Source of the DNA: Thermoplasmatota archaeon
GTDB taxonomy: Archaea; Thermoplasmatota; E2; DHVEG-1
DNA length: 64,000 nucleotides
Assembly: GCA_025457885.1 (NCBI GenBank)
Contig: JALOTN010000001.1
Span: 2,822 to 66,821, forward strand
Reading direction: 5' to 3'
In this document: one piece after another, positions 20,009 to 28,858 of the stretch
How positions within the stretch are numbered: position 1 is the stretch's first letter
Layout of the letters: every line of letters begins with the position of its first letter
The notes under the pieces: model-generated
Databases searched by the model: none
The model's input: only the letters and a program-made list of their open reading frames with translations
Told to the model about the DNA's origin: nothing
Translations under genes and position numbers: made by a program

Positions 20009-20605
20009 TTATTGAAGAAGCGAGGGTAACTCGGAGAGGCTCTGTATCGTGATATCCGCTGGAATGCGCAGGCCAACCATCATGCATCCTGCTGCTTGTG
20101 CTGCTTTCACGTCACTTGTTGTATCACCAATCAGCAAAACCTTTTTGACATCGACTCCAAGTAAATCACATGCTTTGAAAACGATCTCCGGGTCAGGCTT
20201 GGATTTCATTACATCATCGCTGGTGACGACCACGTCAAAATACGCCTCGATGTCGAATTTCTGTAGAATCTGCAAGGCACAATCTGTAGGGGTGTTTGTG
20301 ATCACGGCCTTCCTATACGATGTGAGGAGCTGAAGAGTAGCTCGAGTATCAGCATAGATTTTCACAAAATCGAGGTGACTGCCATAGGTGATGTTGCAGA
20401 ATTGTGCGACATCTGGGTTGAGATGCAATCGTTTGAGGTTTGCTTTTAAGTCATGACCCCAGTAGGTGTGCATAAACTCGTCTCTGGAGATCTCCTGGTG
20501 TTTGAACATCAGAAGCGCGTTATTTAACGCCTTCCACCAGGCATCAAGGGAATCAACAAGGACACCATCCATATCAAAGAGGATTGCACTGGGAGTAAAT
20601 GGCAT
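20009..20605 (-). CDS. HAD-superfamily hydrolase (phosphatase/beta-phosphoglucomutase-like)
   Basis: Start at internal MPFTPSAILFDMDGVLVDS (DxDGxxxD motif I), then VITNTP (motif II), K...IGDTTSDVKAAQAAG (motifs III/IV). Confidence 0.75.
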   Translation of the reverse strand: MPFTPSAILFDMDGVLVDSLDAWWKALNNALLMFKHQEISRDEFMHTYWGHDLKANLKRLHLNPDVAQFCNITYGSHLDFVKIYADTRATLQLLTSYRKAVITNTPTDCALQILQKFDIEAYFDVVVTSDDVMKSKPDPEIVFKACDLLGVDVKKVLLIGDTTSDVKAAQAAGCMMVGLRIPADITIQSLSELPSLLQ

Positions 20606-20733
20606 AATCTTCTGGGGCTGCTGAACCCGACGGTGGTACAAAAAGGTTTTCATACCATGCGGTTTAAATAGAAAAAACATGATGAGTTTTGTTGATGAAG
20701 GAACTCCATATCTCATCGCAGCGAAGAAACCAG

Positions 20734-21093
20734 ATGATTGACATTACATATCAGGTCCAACAGACTGTAAGTGAGGAAAAAGTCATCGATGGTTTTGTTA
20801 TCGTATATGTTCCTCATACAACCGCTGGCGTGACCATCAACGAGGGAGCAGACCCAGACGTCCAACAAGACATCATGGAGACGTTGGGAAAATTAATACC
20901 AGAGAACCGTTCCTATCATCATTCAGAAGGAAACAGTGATGCGCATATCAAAGCAAGTCTTCTAGGCTCATCGACTACGATACTTGTGAAAGGAGGAAGA
21001 CTCGTGTTAGGTACCTGGCAGCATGTTTTTTTCTATGAAGGAGACGGACCACGGCACCGGACGGTCTATGTATCGGCACAAAAAAACAGGTGA
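20734..21093 (+). CDS. YjbQ/UPF0047 family protein
   Basis: MIDITYQVQ...GFVIVYVPHTTAGVTINEGADPDVQQD...SDAHIKASLLGSS...GTWQHVFFYEGDGPRHR is the conserved YjbQ core. Confidence 0.7.
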   Translation: MIDITYQVQQTVSEEKVIDGFVIVYVPHTTAGVTINEGADPDVQQDIMETLGKLIPENRSYHHSEGNSDAHIKASLLGSSTTILVKGGRLVLGTWQHVFFYEGDGPRHRTVYVSAQKNR

Positions 21094-21095
21094 TC

Positions 21096-21218
21096 ACATG
21101 ATTCCTTTGATGGCTGCAATGCATTCCTCACAGATCTTTTTCGGTTTGCCTTTTATCTGGATATGCCGCATGGTGTGTTCATCACATGCGTTGTTACAGA
21201 CTACACATTTTTCCATAG
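21096..21218 (-). CDS. tiny Cys4 zinc-ribbon protein (40 aa)
   Basis: Translated by hand (below the track cutoff): MEKCVVCNNACDEHTMRHIQIKGKPKKICEECIAAIKGIM. CxxC-(19)-CxxC. Confidence 0.4.
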
Positions 21219-21511
21219 GAGATCATCTTCTTTTTAGTTAGCTGCCCCCGCGGAAATCATCACAGGGTTCGTCTTCCCCCATCGGTCGAGCATGTTCCGC
21301 ATGGTCTGGTTGAAGGCAGATATCCACCGATATCTTCTTCATTGGTTTCCCGCAACAGGAGGGGGTTTTTTTCTTTTCTTTGACGATAGTCTTTTTCTTG
21401 CAGGTCTGACATTGATAATAATCAACCGTATGCCTTCACCTCATGTTTCACATGGGTTTGTTCTATTTAAAACTAGGTTTTGGAGGTACCCATAAAGTTA
21501 TTAGATGCAAA

Positions 21512-21811
21512 ATGAATATGAACGCAATGAAACGCGAAGTAGTCCCTGGAAAAAAAACGACTCATCATGTGAAAATCTATACATTGAGTACTTGCGGTTG
21601 GTGCAAGAAGACAAAGGAGTTGCTTAAGGCTCTTGATGTTGCGTTTGAGTATGTGGATGTCGACCAGTTATCCGGTGAAGATTATACGGAGGCAACCGAG
21701 GAAGTGAAAAAATACAACCCGTATCGTACCTATCCGACAATCGTTATCGATCATGGGAAACATGTAATTCTTGGGTTTAAGGATAAGGAAATCATGGAGC
21801 GGCTCCGTTGA
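21512..21811 (+). CDS. glutaredoxin/thioredoxin-like small redoxin
   Basis: Start taken at MNMNAMKRE (a TATA-like ctatttaaaa lies ~40 nt upstream). Active site TCGWCKK; about 100 aa with the Grx-like layout YPTIVIDHGK. Confidence 0.7.
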   Translation: MNMNAMKREVVPGKKTTHHVKIYTLSTCGWCKKTKELLKALDVAFEYVDVDQLSGEDYTEATEEVKKYNPYRTYPTIVIDHGKHVILGFKDKEIMERLR

Positions 21812-22341
21812 TGACAGAGAAACAGTCCATTGTTGAAGCGATGAAGAGGAATGCGAAGGATAACGGGTATTTTCTTTGTCCGGATCAGCAGTTGTTTGAT
21901 GATTTGATCGATGGTCTTGCGACGAACACGGCTCGGTATGGGTATGGGTCTTGTCCGTGTCGTGTGGCAAGTGGTTCGAAGAACTATGATGTAGACATCA
22001 TCTGTCCCTGTGAGTACCGTGATGCGGATGTTGATGAGTTTGGGATGTGCTATTGTGGGTTGTTTGTGAATGAAAAAGTGAAAAACAATCCGTCCTTGCT
22101 TGGCCCGATCCCGGAGCGGCGGCCACAAGAGGTCATCGATGCAGCGCTTTCTGCGTCAGAGCAGAAACCACAGGTCTCAAAAGACGTGCTTTCTGGGTCG
22201 AATACAGGTAAGAAAGCAGAGGGTATGAAAATCTGGAGATGTACTGTCTGTGGGTATTTGTGTGCCAGGGAGCTGCCTCCACCAATCTGTCCTATCTGTA
22301 AGGCAAAAGCAGAGCGGTTTGAGGTTTTCACCATCACATAA
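21808..22341 (+). CDS. ferredoxin:thioredoxin-reductase-like catalytic domain fused to a C-terminal rubredoxin-like domain (FDR-type ferredoxin:disulfide reductase)
   Basis: CPC-(16)-CPC-(11)-CYC spacing characteristic of the FTR catalytic subunit. C-terminal WRCTVCGY...(13)...CPICKA rubredoxin knuckles. A 4-nt overlap with the redoxin gene places both in one operon. Confidence 0.7.
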   Translation: MMTEKQSIVEAMKRNAKDNGYFLCPDQQLFDDLIDGLATNTARYGYGSCPCRVASGSKNYDVDIICPCEYRDADVDEFGMCYCGLFVNEKVKNNPSLLGPIPERRPQEVIDAALSASEQKPQVSKDVLSGSNTGKKAEGMKIWRCTVCGYLCARELPPPICPICKAKAERFEVFTIT

Positions 22342-22354
22342 AATGAGGCTTTGC

Positions 22355-22795
22355 TTAGACGATCTCGCGGATTTTCTTTATGATTTCTTCTTTTTGCCCG
22401 GTGGTCAACTCTTGGTCTAGTTTCGGGTACAACGAGGCTTCCTCAAAGGTCTTATGTGCCATGATGAATTCTTTGAACTCATGGAATTTCACTGTTTTGT
22501 TCCACATAAGGTCCTTGCGCATGATTCTTATTTTGTTAAGGATCTCGTTATGTTGTTGGACAAGTTCTGGGACCATCTTATATCCTTCAAGGATGTTCTT
22601 TGGGTTATATGAGGAGAAGATGGCTTTTTCTTCGGTGAATATATGTTTTTCTAGTTCCCATTCGAAGGTATCAAACACCTTCATGAGAGAGACCAACTCA
22701 ATGCCGATGCTTTTTTCTACATCATGGAGTAGTTTGAGAATTTTTGTATGGTCAGCAGTCATCAACTCAAGTATTGTTGTTGTTTTCATTTTCAT
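22355..22795 (-). CDS. hemerythrin-like domain protein
   Basis: H...H/E pairs spaced as in hemerythrin HHE cation-binding domains (DHTKILKLLHD..., ...HIFTEE..., ...HNEILNKI..., ...HKTFEE...). Confidence 0.55.
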   Translation of the reverse strand: MKMKTTTILELMTADHTKILKLLHDVEKSIGIELVSLMKVFDTFEWELEKHIFTEEKAIFSSYNPKNILEGYKMVPELVQQHNEILNKIRIMRKDLMWNKTVKFHEFKEFIMAHKTFEEASLYPKLDQELTTGQKEEIIKKIREIV

Positions 22796-22932
22796 CTAAC
22801 CCCTGGTTCGATTACCTGTTTTGAGATACGAACACAAGTTAATAAAATAACGCTTGGGTCTTCTTAGGAAGATCTTTGTTGTTTTATCGTAATCTCTTTA
22901 AGTGGGGATGGTTTCCAGGCTATGGATCTCGT

Positions 22933-23880
22933 ATGGATCTTGTTGCGATTACCTTTCAATCCGTCGTCCTACTTCTTGGTATCGGGGTGTTTGGTTTTTT
23001 GATTGTCCAGCGTAAGGTAATTGCGGAAAACGCCCTGGGTGCCTTGTCGAATCTTGCGTTGGATATTGCTTTACCGTGTCTTGTGTTTGTAAACATTGTT
23101 TCCACCTTCTCACCTCAGGATATCCCAGATTGGTGGGTGCTTCCGCTCTGGTGGGGTGTGTTTACTGGGATTGCTGCGCTCCTGACAGGGATGTTTATGT
23201 TTGTTTCGAAGAAGACGACGAGACGGGAGTTCGCCATGAGCCTGTTTTTACATAATGGGTTGTTTTTCCCTCTTGCAATCCTCACAGGGATGTTTGGTGC
23301 CTCATCCTCGTATTTGGTGTCTCTGTTTATATTCATGATCTTTTATCCTGCGTTTCTGTTCAATATTTATCCTTTTTTCTATGGGAAGAACGAGAAAGGA
23401 ATCAATTGGAAGCGGATCTTTAACCTTGTTTTTGTTTCGACGATCCTTGCGTTGGTGATCCGTTTTGCTGATGTGCAATCCTATGTGCCGGATATCGTCC
23501 TGATGATTCTTTCGATGTTAGGTGCGATGGCAGTACCGTTGTTGATGTTAGTAATTGGAGGAAGTCTTTCGATCGATTTTCAGCGGAAGGGAAAGATATA
23601 TAGCTCTGAGATTGTGAAATTCGTAGTGATAAAAAACCTGTTGTTCCCCGTGATCATGCTTGGGGTGTTATTGGTCATCAGGCCATCGTATCAGATTGGA
23701 TTGCTATTGATGTTGCAGAGTGCGGTTCCGCCGGTGACTGCACTGCCGATTTTTACAAAACGAGTAGGTGGGAACGAATCGATCGTGAATCAGTTCCTGG
23801 TTGGTAGTTTCATCGGGTCGTTGGTGAGTATTCCCTTGGTTATCTCGCTTTTCAGTTTGTTTTTCCCGATTGGTTCATAG
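22933..23880 (+). CDS. auxin-efflux-carrier (AEC/PIN-like) family membrane transporter
   Basis: Start at internal ATG MDLVAITFQSVVLLLGIGVFGFLI. About 10 TM segments in a 5+5 arrangement with a central loop, as in the AEC family. Confidence 0.5.
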   Translation: MDLVAITFQSVVLLLGIGVFGFLIVQRKVIAENALGALSNLALDIALPCLVFVNIVSTFSPQDIPDWWVLPLWWGVFTGIAALLTGMFMFVSKKTTRREFAMSLFLHNGLFFPLAILTGMFGASSSYLVSLFIFMIFYPAFLFNIYPFFYGKNEKGINWKRIFNLVFVSTILALVIRFADVQSYVPDIVLMILSMLGAMAVPLLMLVIGGSLSIDFQRKGKIYSSEIVKFVVIKNLLFPVIMLGVLLVIRPSYQIGLLLMLQSAVPPVTALPIFTKRVGGNESIVNQFLVGSFIGSLVSIPLVISLFSLFFPIGS

Positions 23881-24228
23881 TTATTTGTGTTCGCAGGAGT
23901 CGCATCCAGAGGGGAAGATTCCTTTGGCCATGAAGATTTTGCAGATGCGACAGGTTTCCTTAATCATGGCATCATCGGTGTCGTTAAGGATACGTTGGCT
24001 GGAGAGTTTTATCTCTTTAATGAGTTCTTCATCGTCAATGGTTTTATTCCCTCGTTTGTGGGAGACGTACTGGCAGACGGCAGCGGGGGTGATACCGAGT
24101 TTTTCCGCGGCTTGTTTCTGGCTGAGTCCGAAGTTGGTGATGAGGCTTTCTGCGAGTTCTTTTCGTATGAGGGGCAGTCCATTCCATATTACGTATTCAC
24201 AGGGAACGCGTTTCATCAAAGGGTACAA
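23881..24228 (-). CDS. HTH-domain regulator with C-terminal Cys4 metal site
   Basis: LSQKQAAEKLGITPAAVCQYVS helix-turn-helix, followed by CRICK...(13)...CDSCEHK. Confidence 0.45.
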   Translation of the reverse strand: MYPLMKRVPCEYVIWNGLPLIRKELAESLITNFGLSQKQAAEKLGITPAAVCQYVSHKRGNKTIDDEELIKEIKLSSQRILNDTDDAMIKETCRICKIFMAKGIFPSGCDSCEHK

Positions 24229-24554
24229 TTGTTATTTTATACTTATAATTAATGTTTTTACTTTTTTTAAAGGACCTGAAAAATGGATGACGGTTATGGA
24301 TGGTTTGACTGGAGAAACAGCTGCGAAAGTTTTATATACGGTAGGTGTATTAACAATTGTTAATAGGGGTATATTAGAGATTAATGAAGAGGGCCTAACA
24401 CCAATCACGTTAACAAACGTGGAGATGTAAACACAAACGGGAAAAATATTTTTTGCATCCCATCCTTTCCTCCTCTCCTCACCAACCTAAAATTCCCGTT
24501 TGTCTTACATCTCTACCTTGTTTTTCCATACACCAATTCCAAAGCGGAGGACCC

Positions 24555-25178
24555 ATGAACGACCTGCCTTCGACCATCACAAACCTCAAACAAAGCAACA
24601 CACAAAAAAAAATACAAAAGCGCATCCAGGAGTTCAAACACCTCGATACACACTCCGCTGAGGAACTTTTCACCGAACTATGCTTCTGCATCCTGACCGC
24701 GAACTTCAACTCAGAACGAACCATCCACATCCATGGAAAACTCCACTCATGTTTTTGCACAGAAACCAAAAAATCCCTAGAAAAAAAACTCAGAGCACAC
24801 GGATACCGCTTCCCCCACACCAGAGCAGCGTACATCGTCGACGCACGATCAAAAAAAGACATCCTCCCCACCATCATACACACCAAATCCCACGAGGAAC
24901 GACGAGACTGGCTTGCACAAAACATCCCAGGAATCGGCTACAAAGAAGCCAGCCACTTCCTCCGAAACATCGGCTTTGATGACTACGCCATCATCGACTT
25001 CCACATCCTCGACATCCTCGAACGACACCAGCTCATCACCACACCAAAGACCCTCACCACAAAAAAATACAAGGAAATCGAAAAAATCCTCAGGTCGCTA
25101 GCAACACAGACCCATCTAACCCTAGCCGAACTAGACTTCTACCTCTGGTACCTCGAAACCGGAAAAATATTGAAATAA
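24555..25178 (+). CDS. N-glycosylase/DNA lyase, archaeal Ogg2-type 8-oxoguanine glycosylase (HhH-GPD)
   Basis: Start at MNDLPS, preceded by GGAGGA. HhH motif NIPGIGYKEASHFLRNIGF, then D (DYAIID) as catalytic Asp. About 205 aa, as in the Ogg2 family. Confidence 0.6.
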   Translation: MNDLPSTITNLKQSNTQKKIQKRIQEFKHLDTHSAEELFTELCFCILTANFNSERTIHIHGKLHSCFCTETKKSLEKKLRAHGYRFPHTRAAYIVDARSKKDILPTIIHTKSHEERRDWLAQNIPGIGYKEASHFLRNIGFDDYAIIDFHILDILERHQLITTPKTLTTKKYKEIEKILRSLATQTHLTLAELDFYLWYLETGKILK

Positions 25179-25196
25179 CACTCTATCCTCCTTCTC

Positions 25197-25889
25197 ATGG
25201 ACTACGACAAGATCATCAGCACCCTCCACTCTTTAGCAAACCCAACAAACGTACACGGCATGGCACGCTACGGCATAAACACCCACAACAACCTTGGTAT
25301 TTCCATCTACCAGCTCCGACCACTCGCAAAACACATCGGCACCAACCATCCCCTTGCTCTCAAACTCTGGGACTCCAAAATCCACGACGCACGACTCCTA
25401 GCCTGTTTCATCGACGACCCAACCCAAATCACCAGCGAACAAATGGACACCTGGGCGGCAGATTTCGACTCCTGGGACATCTGCGACCAAGCCTGCACCA
25501 GCCTGTTCGACCGCTCACCACTCGCCACCAAAAAAGTCTTCCAATGGGCAGAACAGGAACAAGAGTTCATCAGACGCGCCGCCTTCAGCCTCATCGCAGG
25601 ACTCGCGGTCCACGATAAAACAATAACTGAAAAGGATTTCGACGCATTCCTCACCCTCTGCATCACACACGCGACCGATGAACGTAACTATGTGAAAAAA
25701 GCAGTGAATTGGGCGTTACGAAACATCGGGAAACAAAGCATACCGTTGAACAAAAAAGCACTCAAAACCGCAGAACAAATAAAAAAAATACATTCAAAGT
25801 CAGCACGATGGATAGCATCAGACGCGATCCGAGAACTCACCAGTCAGAAGATACAAGAAAAACTCAAAAGTAAAAAGAAGAAAAAATAA
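25197..25889 (+). CDS. DNA alkylation repair protein (AlkD/AlkC-like HEAT-repeat glycosylase family)
   Basis: About 230 aa of helical repeats. ...WDICDQ... and a KKAVNWALRNIGK-type C-terminus match the family pattern. Confidence 0.65.
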   Translation: MDYDKIISTLHSLANPTNVHGMARYGINTHNNLGISIYQLRPLAKHIGTNHPLALKLWDSKIHDARLLACFIDDPTQITSEQMDTWAADFDSWDICDQACTSLFDRSPLATKKVFQWAEQEQEFIRRAAFSLIAGLAVHDKTITEKDFDAFLTLCITHATDERNYVKKAVNWALRNIGKQSIPLNKKALKTAEQIKKIHSKSARWIASDAIRELTSQKIQEKLKSKKKKK

Positions 25890-25910
25890 AAAAAAACCTT
25901 TTTTACAGGC
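25881..25910. terminator. bidirectional A-run/T-run (aaaaaataaaaaaaaacctttttt) between convergent genes
   Basis: T-rich on both strands immediately after the stops of the AlkD-like gene (+) and the ferredoxin gene (-), as in archaeal oligo-T terminators. Confidence 0.3.
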
Positions 25911-26070
25911 TGAGTGCTTTCACCGGGCATTCATCAACACAAGTGCCACAATCAATGCAGGTGTCCTCATTGACCTCTGCCTTCTCAGTAACCTTAATTG
26001 CCTCCACAGGACATGCTGCCACACAGGCTGCACAACCAGTACAGGTTGCCTTATCGACTTTTACTGCCAT
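25903..26070 (-). CDS. 2x[4Fe-4S] ferredoxin (55 aa)
   Basis: Hand translation: MAVKVDKATCTGCAACVAACPVEAIKV...EDTCIDCGTCVDECPVKALSL. Two CxxCxxCxxxCP motifs. Confidence 0.65.
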   Translation of the reverse strand: MAVKVDKATCTGCAACVAACPVEAIKVTEKAEVNEDTCIDCGTCVDECPVKALSL

Positions 26071-26176
26071 ATTGGTTTTACCTCGTGGTCCCTGATACAG
26101 GTTATCCTATTTATTTTTTCCCCTTAAGGACATTAAGGATGATGATGAAGAAACCTACTGAAATTTCCAATGAACC

Positions 26177-26428
26177 TTATTTGGGTCTGTACCGATCCAT
26201 CTTCTTATTCGCCTGTCGTCCACTCAAAGTAAAATAGACATACACAACCCCTAACTCAAGACCAAAAAACACAAGAAAATACAGGAACGTCACCGCAATC
26301 TTCCCAGGTATAAAACCATACGACAAGGTTATCGACCCAAGGAACGGGATGAACATCCCAATCAACACCAATAAAAGCACCTTGATGAGATCCGTATTTT
26401 TCCCCATACAACCCCCAACAACATTCAT
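26177..26428 (-). CDS. small membrane protein, hypothetical
   Basis: Two TM helices. No recognisable motif. Confidence 0.3.
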   Translation of the reverse strand: MNVVGGCMGKNTDLIKVLLLVLIGMFIPFLGSITLSYGFIPGKIAVTFLYFLVFFGLELGVVYVYFTLSGRQANKKMDRYRPK

Positions 26429-26452
26429 TCTATTTTAAAGCTATTTCCTCTC

Positions 26453-27505
26453 TTAACAGATCCTTGGGATAGGGTCTCCAAGAGGTTTACGCAGAATCCG
26501 TTTCCCACCCACCGCAGTCTGCAAAACAACACCAGAAACCTTGTTCGTCGCTTCCCCGATGATCGCCGCATGCTTTCCCAACGGATGCTTCTTCAACACC
26601 GATAACAGGTCATCTGCTTTTTCCTTTACAACACCAAGGACAACCTTCCCTTCATTACCAATCTCTAATGGATCAATCCCCAGCATGTCACAGGCGGATT
26701 GAACACCCTTTGGGATAGGGATCGCATCCTCATCTAAGAGAATCCCAACCTGGGATTTCTCAGAAAATTCGTTCACAGTGTTCGCCAATCCCCCACGGGT
26801 CGGATCCTTCGCAGTGACAACCCCACCTTCCTCTAGCAACACCTGCATCAGTCCATTCAACGGAGCGATATCTGAATGAATCTTCGTCTCAAAACCATAC
26901 CCCTCACGAAATGAAAGCAATGCAATACCATGTTCCCCGACAGTACCAGAAAGAATCAAAACATCCCCAGATTTAAGATTACTATCCACCAACCACCGGC
27001 TCGTGAACTTCCGATGCCGTTTCACCTCCTTGATGTTTCCCTCAAGCATAACACTACGTCTCCCAATCCCACTTGTATTAATCATGAACTGCTGCAACGC
27101 ACCTTTTTCCACGACCTTGGTGTCACCGGTGACAATGGGTACGTGCGCTTTTCTTGCCATCCGCCCCATACTACGAACAATCGTCTCAAAAGTCTCCAGA
27201 GAAAATCCCTCCTCGATGATGAACCCAGCAGATAACGCCAAAGGAGAGCCCCCGACGACCGCAACATCATTAATCGTCCCACAGACCGCAAGAGACCCAA
27301 GGTCACCCCCAGGAAAAATCAAAGGTTGCACCGTATGGGAATCTGTAGAAAACACGATATCATCAACCACCGCAGCATCATCAAGAGCAGCCAAAGGCAC
27401 TTCTGCAGCTCCCTGGTTCTTAAAAAAACGTAAGATGTTCTCTTTGATGAGCTGATCCATCAGCTCCCCACCCGCACCCTGTGCAAGTGTTATCTTCTGC
27501 GCCAT
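26453..27505 (-). CDS. hypE: [NiFe]-hydrogenase maturation protein HypE
   Basis: Start at MAQKITLAQGAGG, with AGGGGA 6 nt upstream. PurM-like AIR-synthase fold. C-terminal ...DPIPRIC (PRIC motif carrying the carbamoyl/cyano-accepting Cys). Confidence 0.85.
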   Translation of the reverse strand: MAQKITLAQGAGGELMDQLIKENILRFFKNQGAAEVPLAALDDAAVVDDIVFSTDSHTVQPLIFPGGDLGSLAVCGTINDVAVVGGSPLALSAGFIIEEGFSLETFETIVRSMGRMARKAHVPIVTGDTKVVEKGALQQFMINTSGIGRRSVMLEGNIKEVKRHRKFTSRWLVDSNLKSGDVLILSGTVGEHGIALLSFREGYGFETKIHSDIAPLNGLMQVLLEEGGVVTAKDPTRGGLANTVNEFSEKSQVGILLDEDAIPIPKGVQSACDMLGIDPLEIGNEGKVVLGVVKEKADDLLSVLKKHPLGKHAAIIGEATNKVSGVVLQTAVGGKRILRKPLGDPIPRIC

Positions 27506-27589
27506 ATTATCCCCTAAACGTCCAGTCTTCTTATGAGTAGCCATCAAAAAGATTTATTTATATTCTCTGTTACCATCCCTCTGCGACAT

Positions 27590-27850
27590 ATGTGGCTATG
27601 GCAAGATATAGTTCTGACAATCATCAACTTCGGGTTCCTCATCACCGCAATCCCTGCGATTTACCGAAATTATAAACACAAGGAGGCAAAAAGCCAGTCA
27701 CTATCCATGTATCTTGTCACCGCAGTCCTCTTATCAGTCATGGCGTACGTGTTTCTCACCCTTGATATGCTCCTCAGCTGCCTTTCCACCGCTGGGACCG
27801 GCATCATGTGGTATTTCTTAACCTATCAAAAGATCATCTACTCCAAATAA
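27590..27850 (+). CDS. small membrane protein (3 TM), hypothetical
   Basis: Start at MWLWQDIV. Hydrophobic segments only. Confidence 0.3.
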   Translation: MWLWQDIVLTIINFGFLITAIPAIYRNYKHKEAKSQSLSMYLVTAVLLSVMAYVFLTLDMLLSCLSTAGTGIMWYFLTYQKIIYSK

Positions 27851-27902
27851 CCGACGGCTAAGATTGAAAAAAAACGAAACTCCAAAAGACTATCTCTCTG
27901 TT

Positions 27903-28823
27903 TTAATACGGATATTTCTTCCCAAGCACCTCAGTTGAGGACAACGCAGCAACCGCCCCCTTAGCACAGGCAGTAATCACTTGCCGTAAGCCTCCCGTGA
28001 TGTCCCCAGCAGCATACACACCTCGAACAGATGTTCGTTGTCCACCATCGACAAGGACATACCCGTTGTCATCAGTCTTCAGCTGTAATTTCTTTGCAAT
28101 CTCATTTTGCGGAAGAACCCCCACAGAAGCAAACACCCCCTCAACCGGTAAGACTGACCGCGCGCTGGTCTCCAGATTAAAAAGACGAAGGGAGGTGACG
28201 GTGTCTTTTCCTTTTATCTCCTCGACGAGGGTGTTGAAATGAAACTGTACTCCTTTCGTACGAGCTTCATCCTCATACATCTTCTCTGCACGAAACTGTT
28301 CACGACGATGAATCACATGAACGTCCTTACAACCGAGCTGTTTTAAGAAAATGGATTCAATAAGCGCAGTATTGCCCCCACCCACCACTGCTACTCGTTT
28401 TCCTTTGAAGAAGAACCCATCGCAGGTCGCACAATACGACACTCCCTTCCCAATGAACTCTGCTTCACCAGGGACATCAAGCTTCTTATGTTCCGTCCCA
28501 CTGCAGAGGATGACCGCACCCACGTGATAAGAGGCTTTCTCCGTGGTTATCAAAAATCCATTTGATGCAACAGTAACATCCTTAACCTCCTCATAGAAAT
28601 GAAAATCAGCGTACTTCGCCGCGTGCTGTCTCATTTTTTCAACAAGCTCGATACCAGGGATTGCATCAAATCCCACGTAATTTTCGATATTTGGAGCGAC
28701 CTGCAGAAGCCCACCTCCCGCCCCACGATCGAACACAACCGTTGAAATCCCAGACCGTTTCGCATAGATAGCTGCAGAAAAACCAGCAGGACCAGCACCG
28801 ATAATCGCCAACTCATAATCCAT
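27903..28823 (-). CDS. trxB: thioredoxin-disulfide reductase
   Basis: Start MDYELAIIGAGPAGFSAA (FAD GxGxxG). Redox-active CATC. Second dinucleotide motif VAVVGGGNTA. GDITGG near the C-terminus. Confidence 0.85.
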   Translation of the reverse strand: MDYELAIIGAGPAGFSAAIYAKRSGISTVVFDRGAGGGLLQVAPNIENYVGFDAIPGIELVEKMRQHAAKYADFHFYEEVKDVTVASNGFLITTEKASYHVGAVILCSGTEHKKLDVPGEAEFIGKGVSYCATCDGFFFKGKRVAVVGGGNTALIESIFLKQLGCKDVHVIHRREQFRAEKMYEDEARTKGVQFHFNTLVEEIKGKDTVTSLRLFNLETSARSVLPVEGVFASVGVLPQNEIAKKLQLKTDDNGYVLVDGGQRTSVRGVYAAGDITGGLRQVITACAKGAVAALSSTEVLGKKYPY

Positions 28824-28858
28824 GAAACACCTCATAGATACTGCCCTATTAAGTTTTT

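Noticed and set aside
24286-24429. 47-aa ORF (MTVMDGLTGETAAKVLYTVGVLTIVNRGILEINEEGLTPITLTNVEM) in the spacer before the Ogg2 gene
   Set aside because: It is short with no motif, and the track ORF covering it (23870..24430) is mostly antisense to the HTH regulator gene. It could be a real small protein but the evidence is insufficient.
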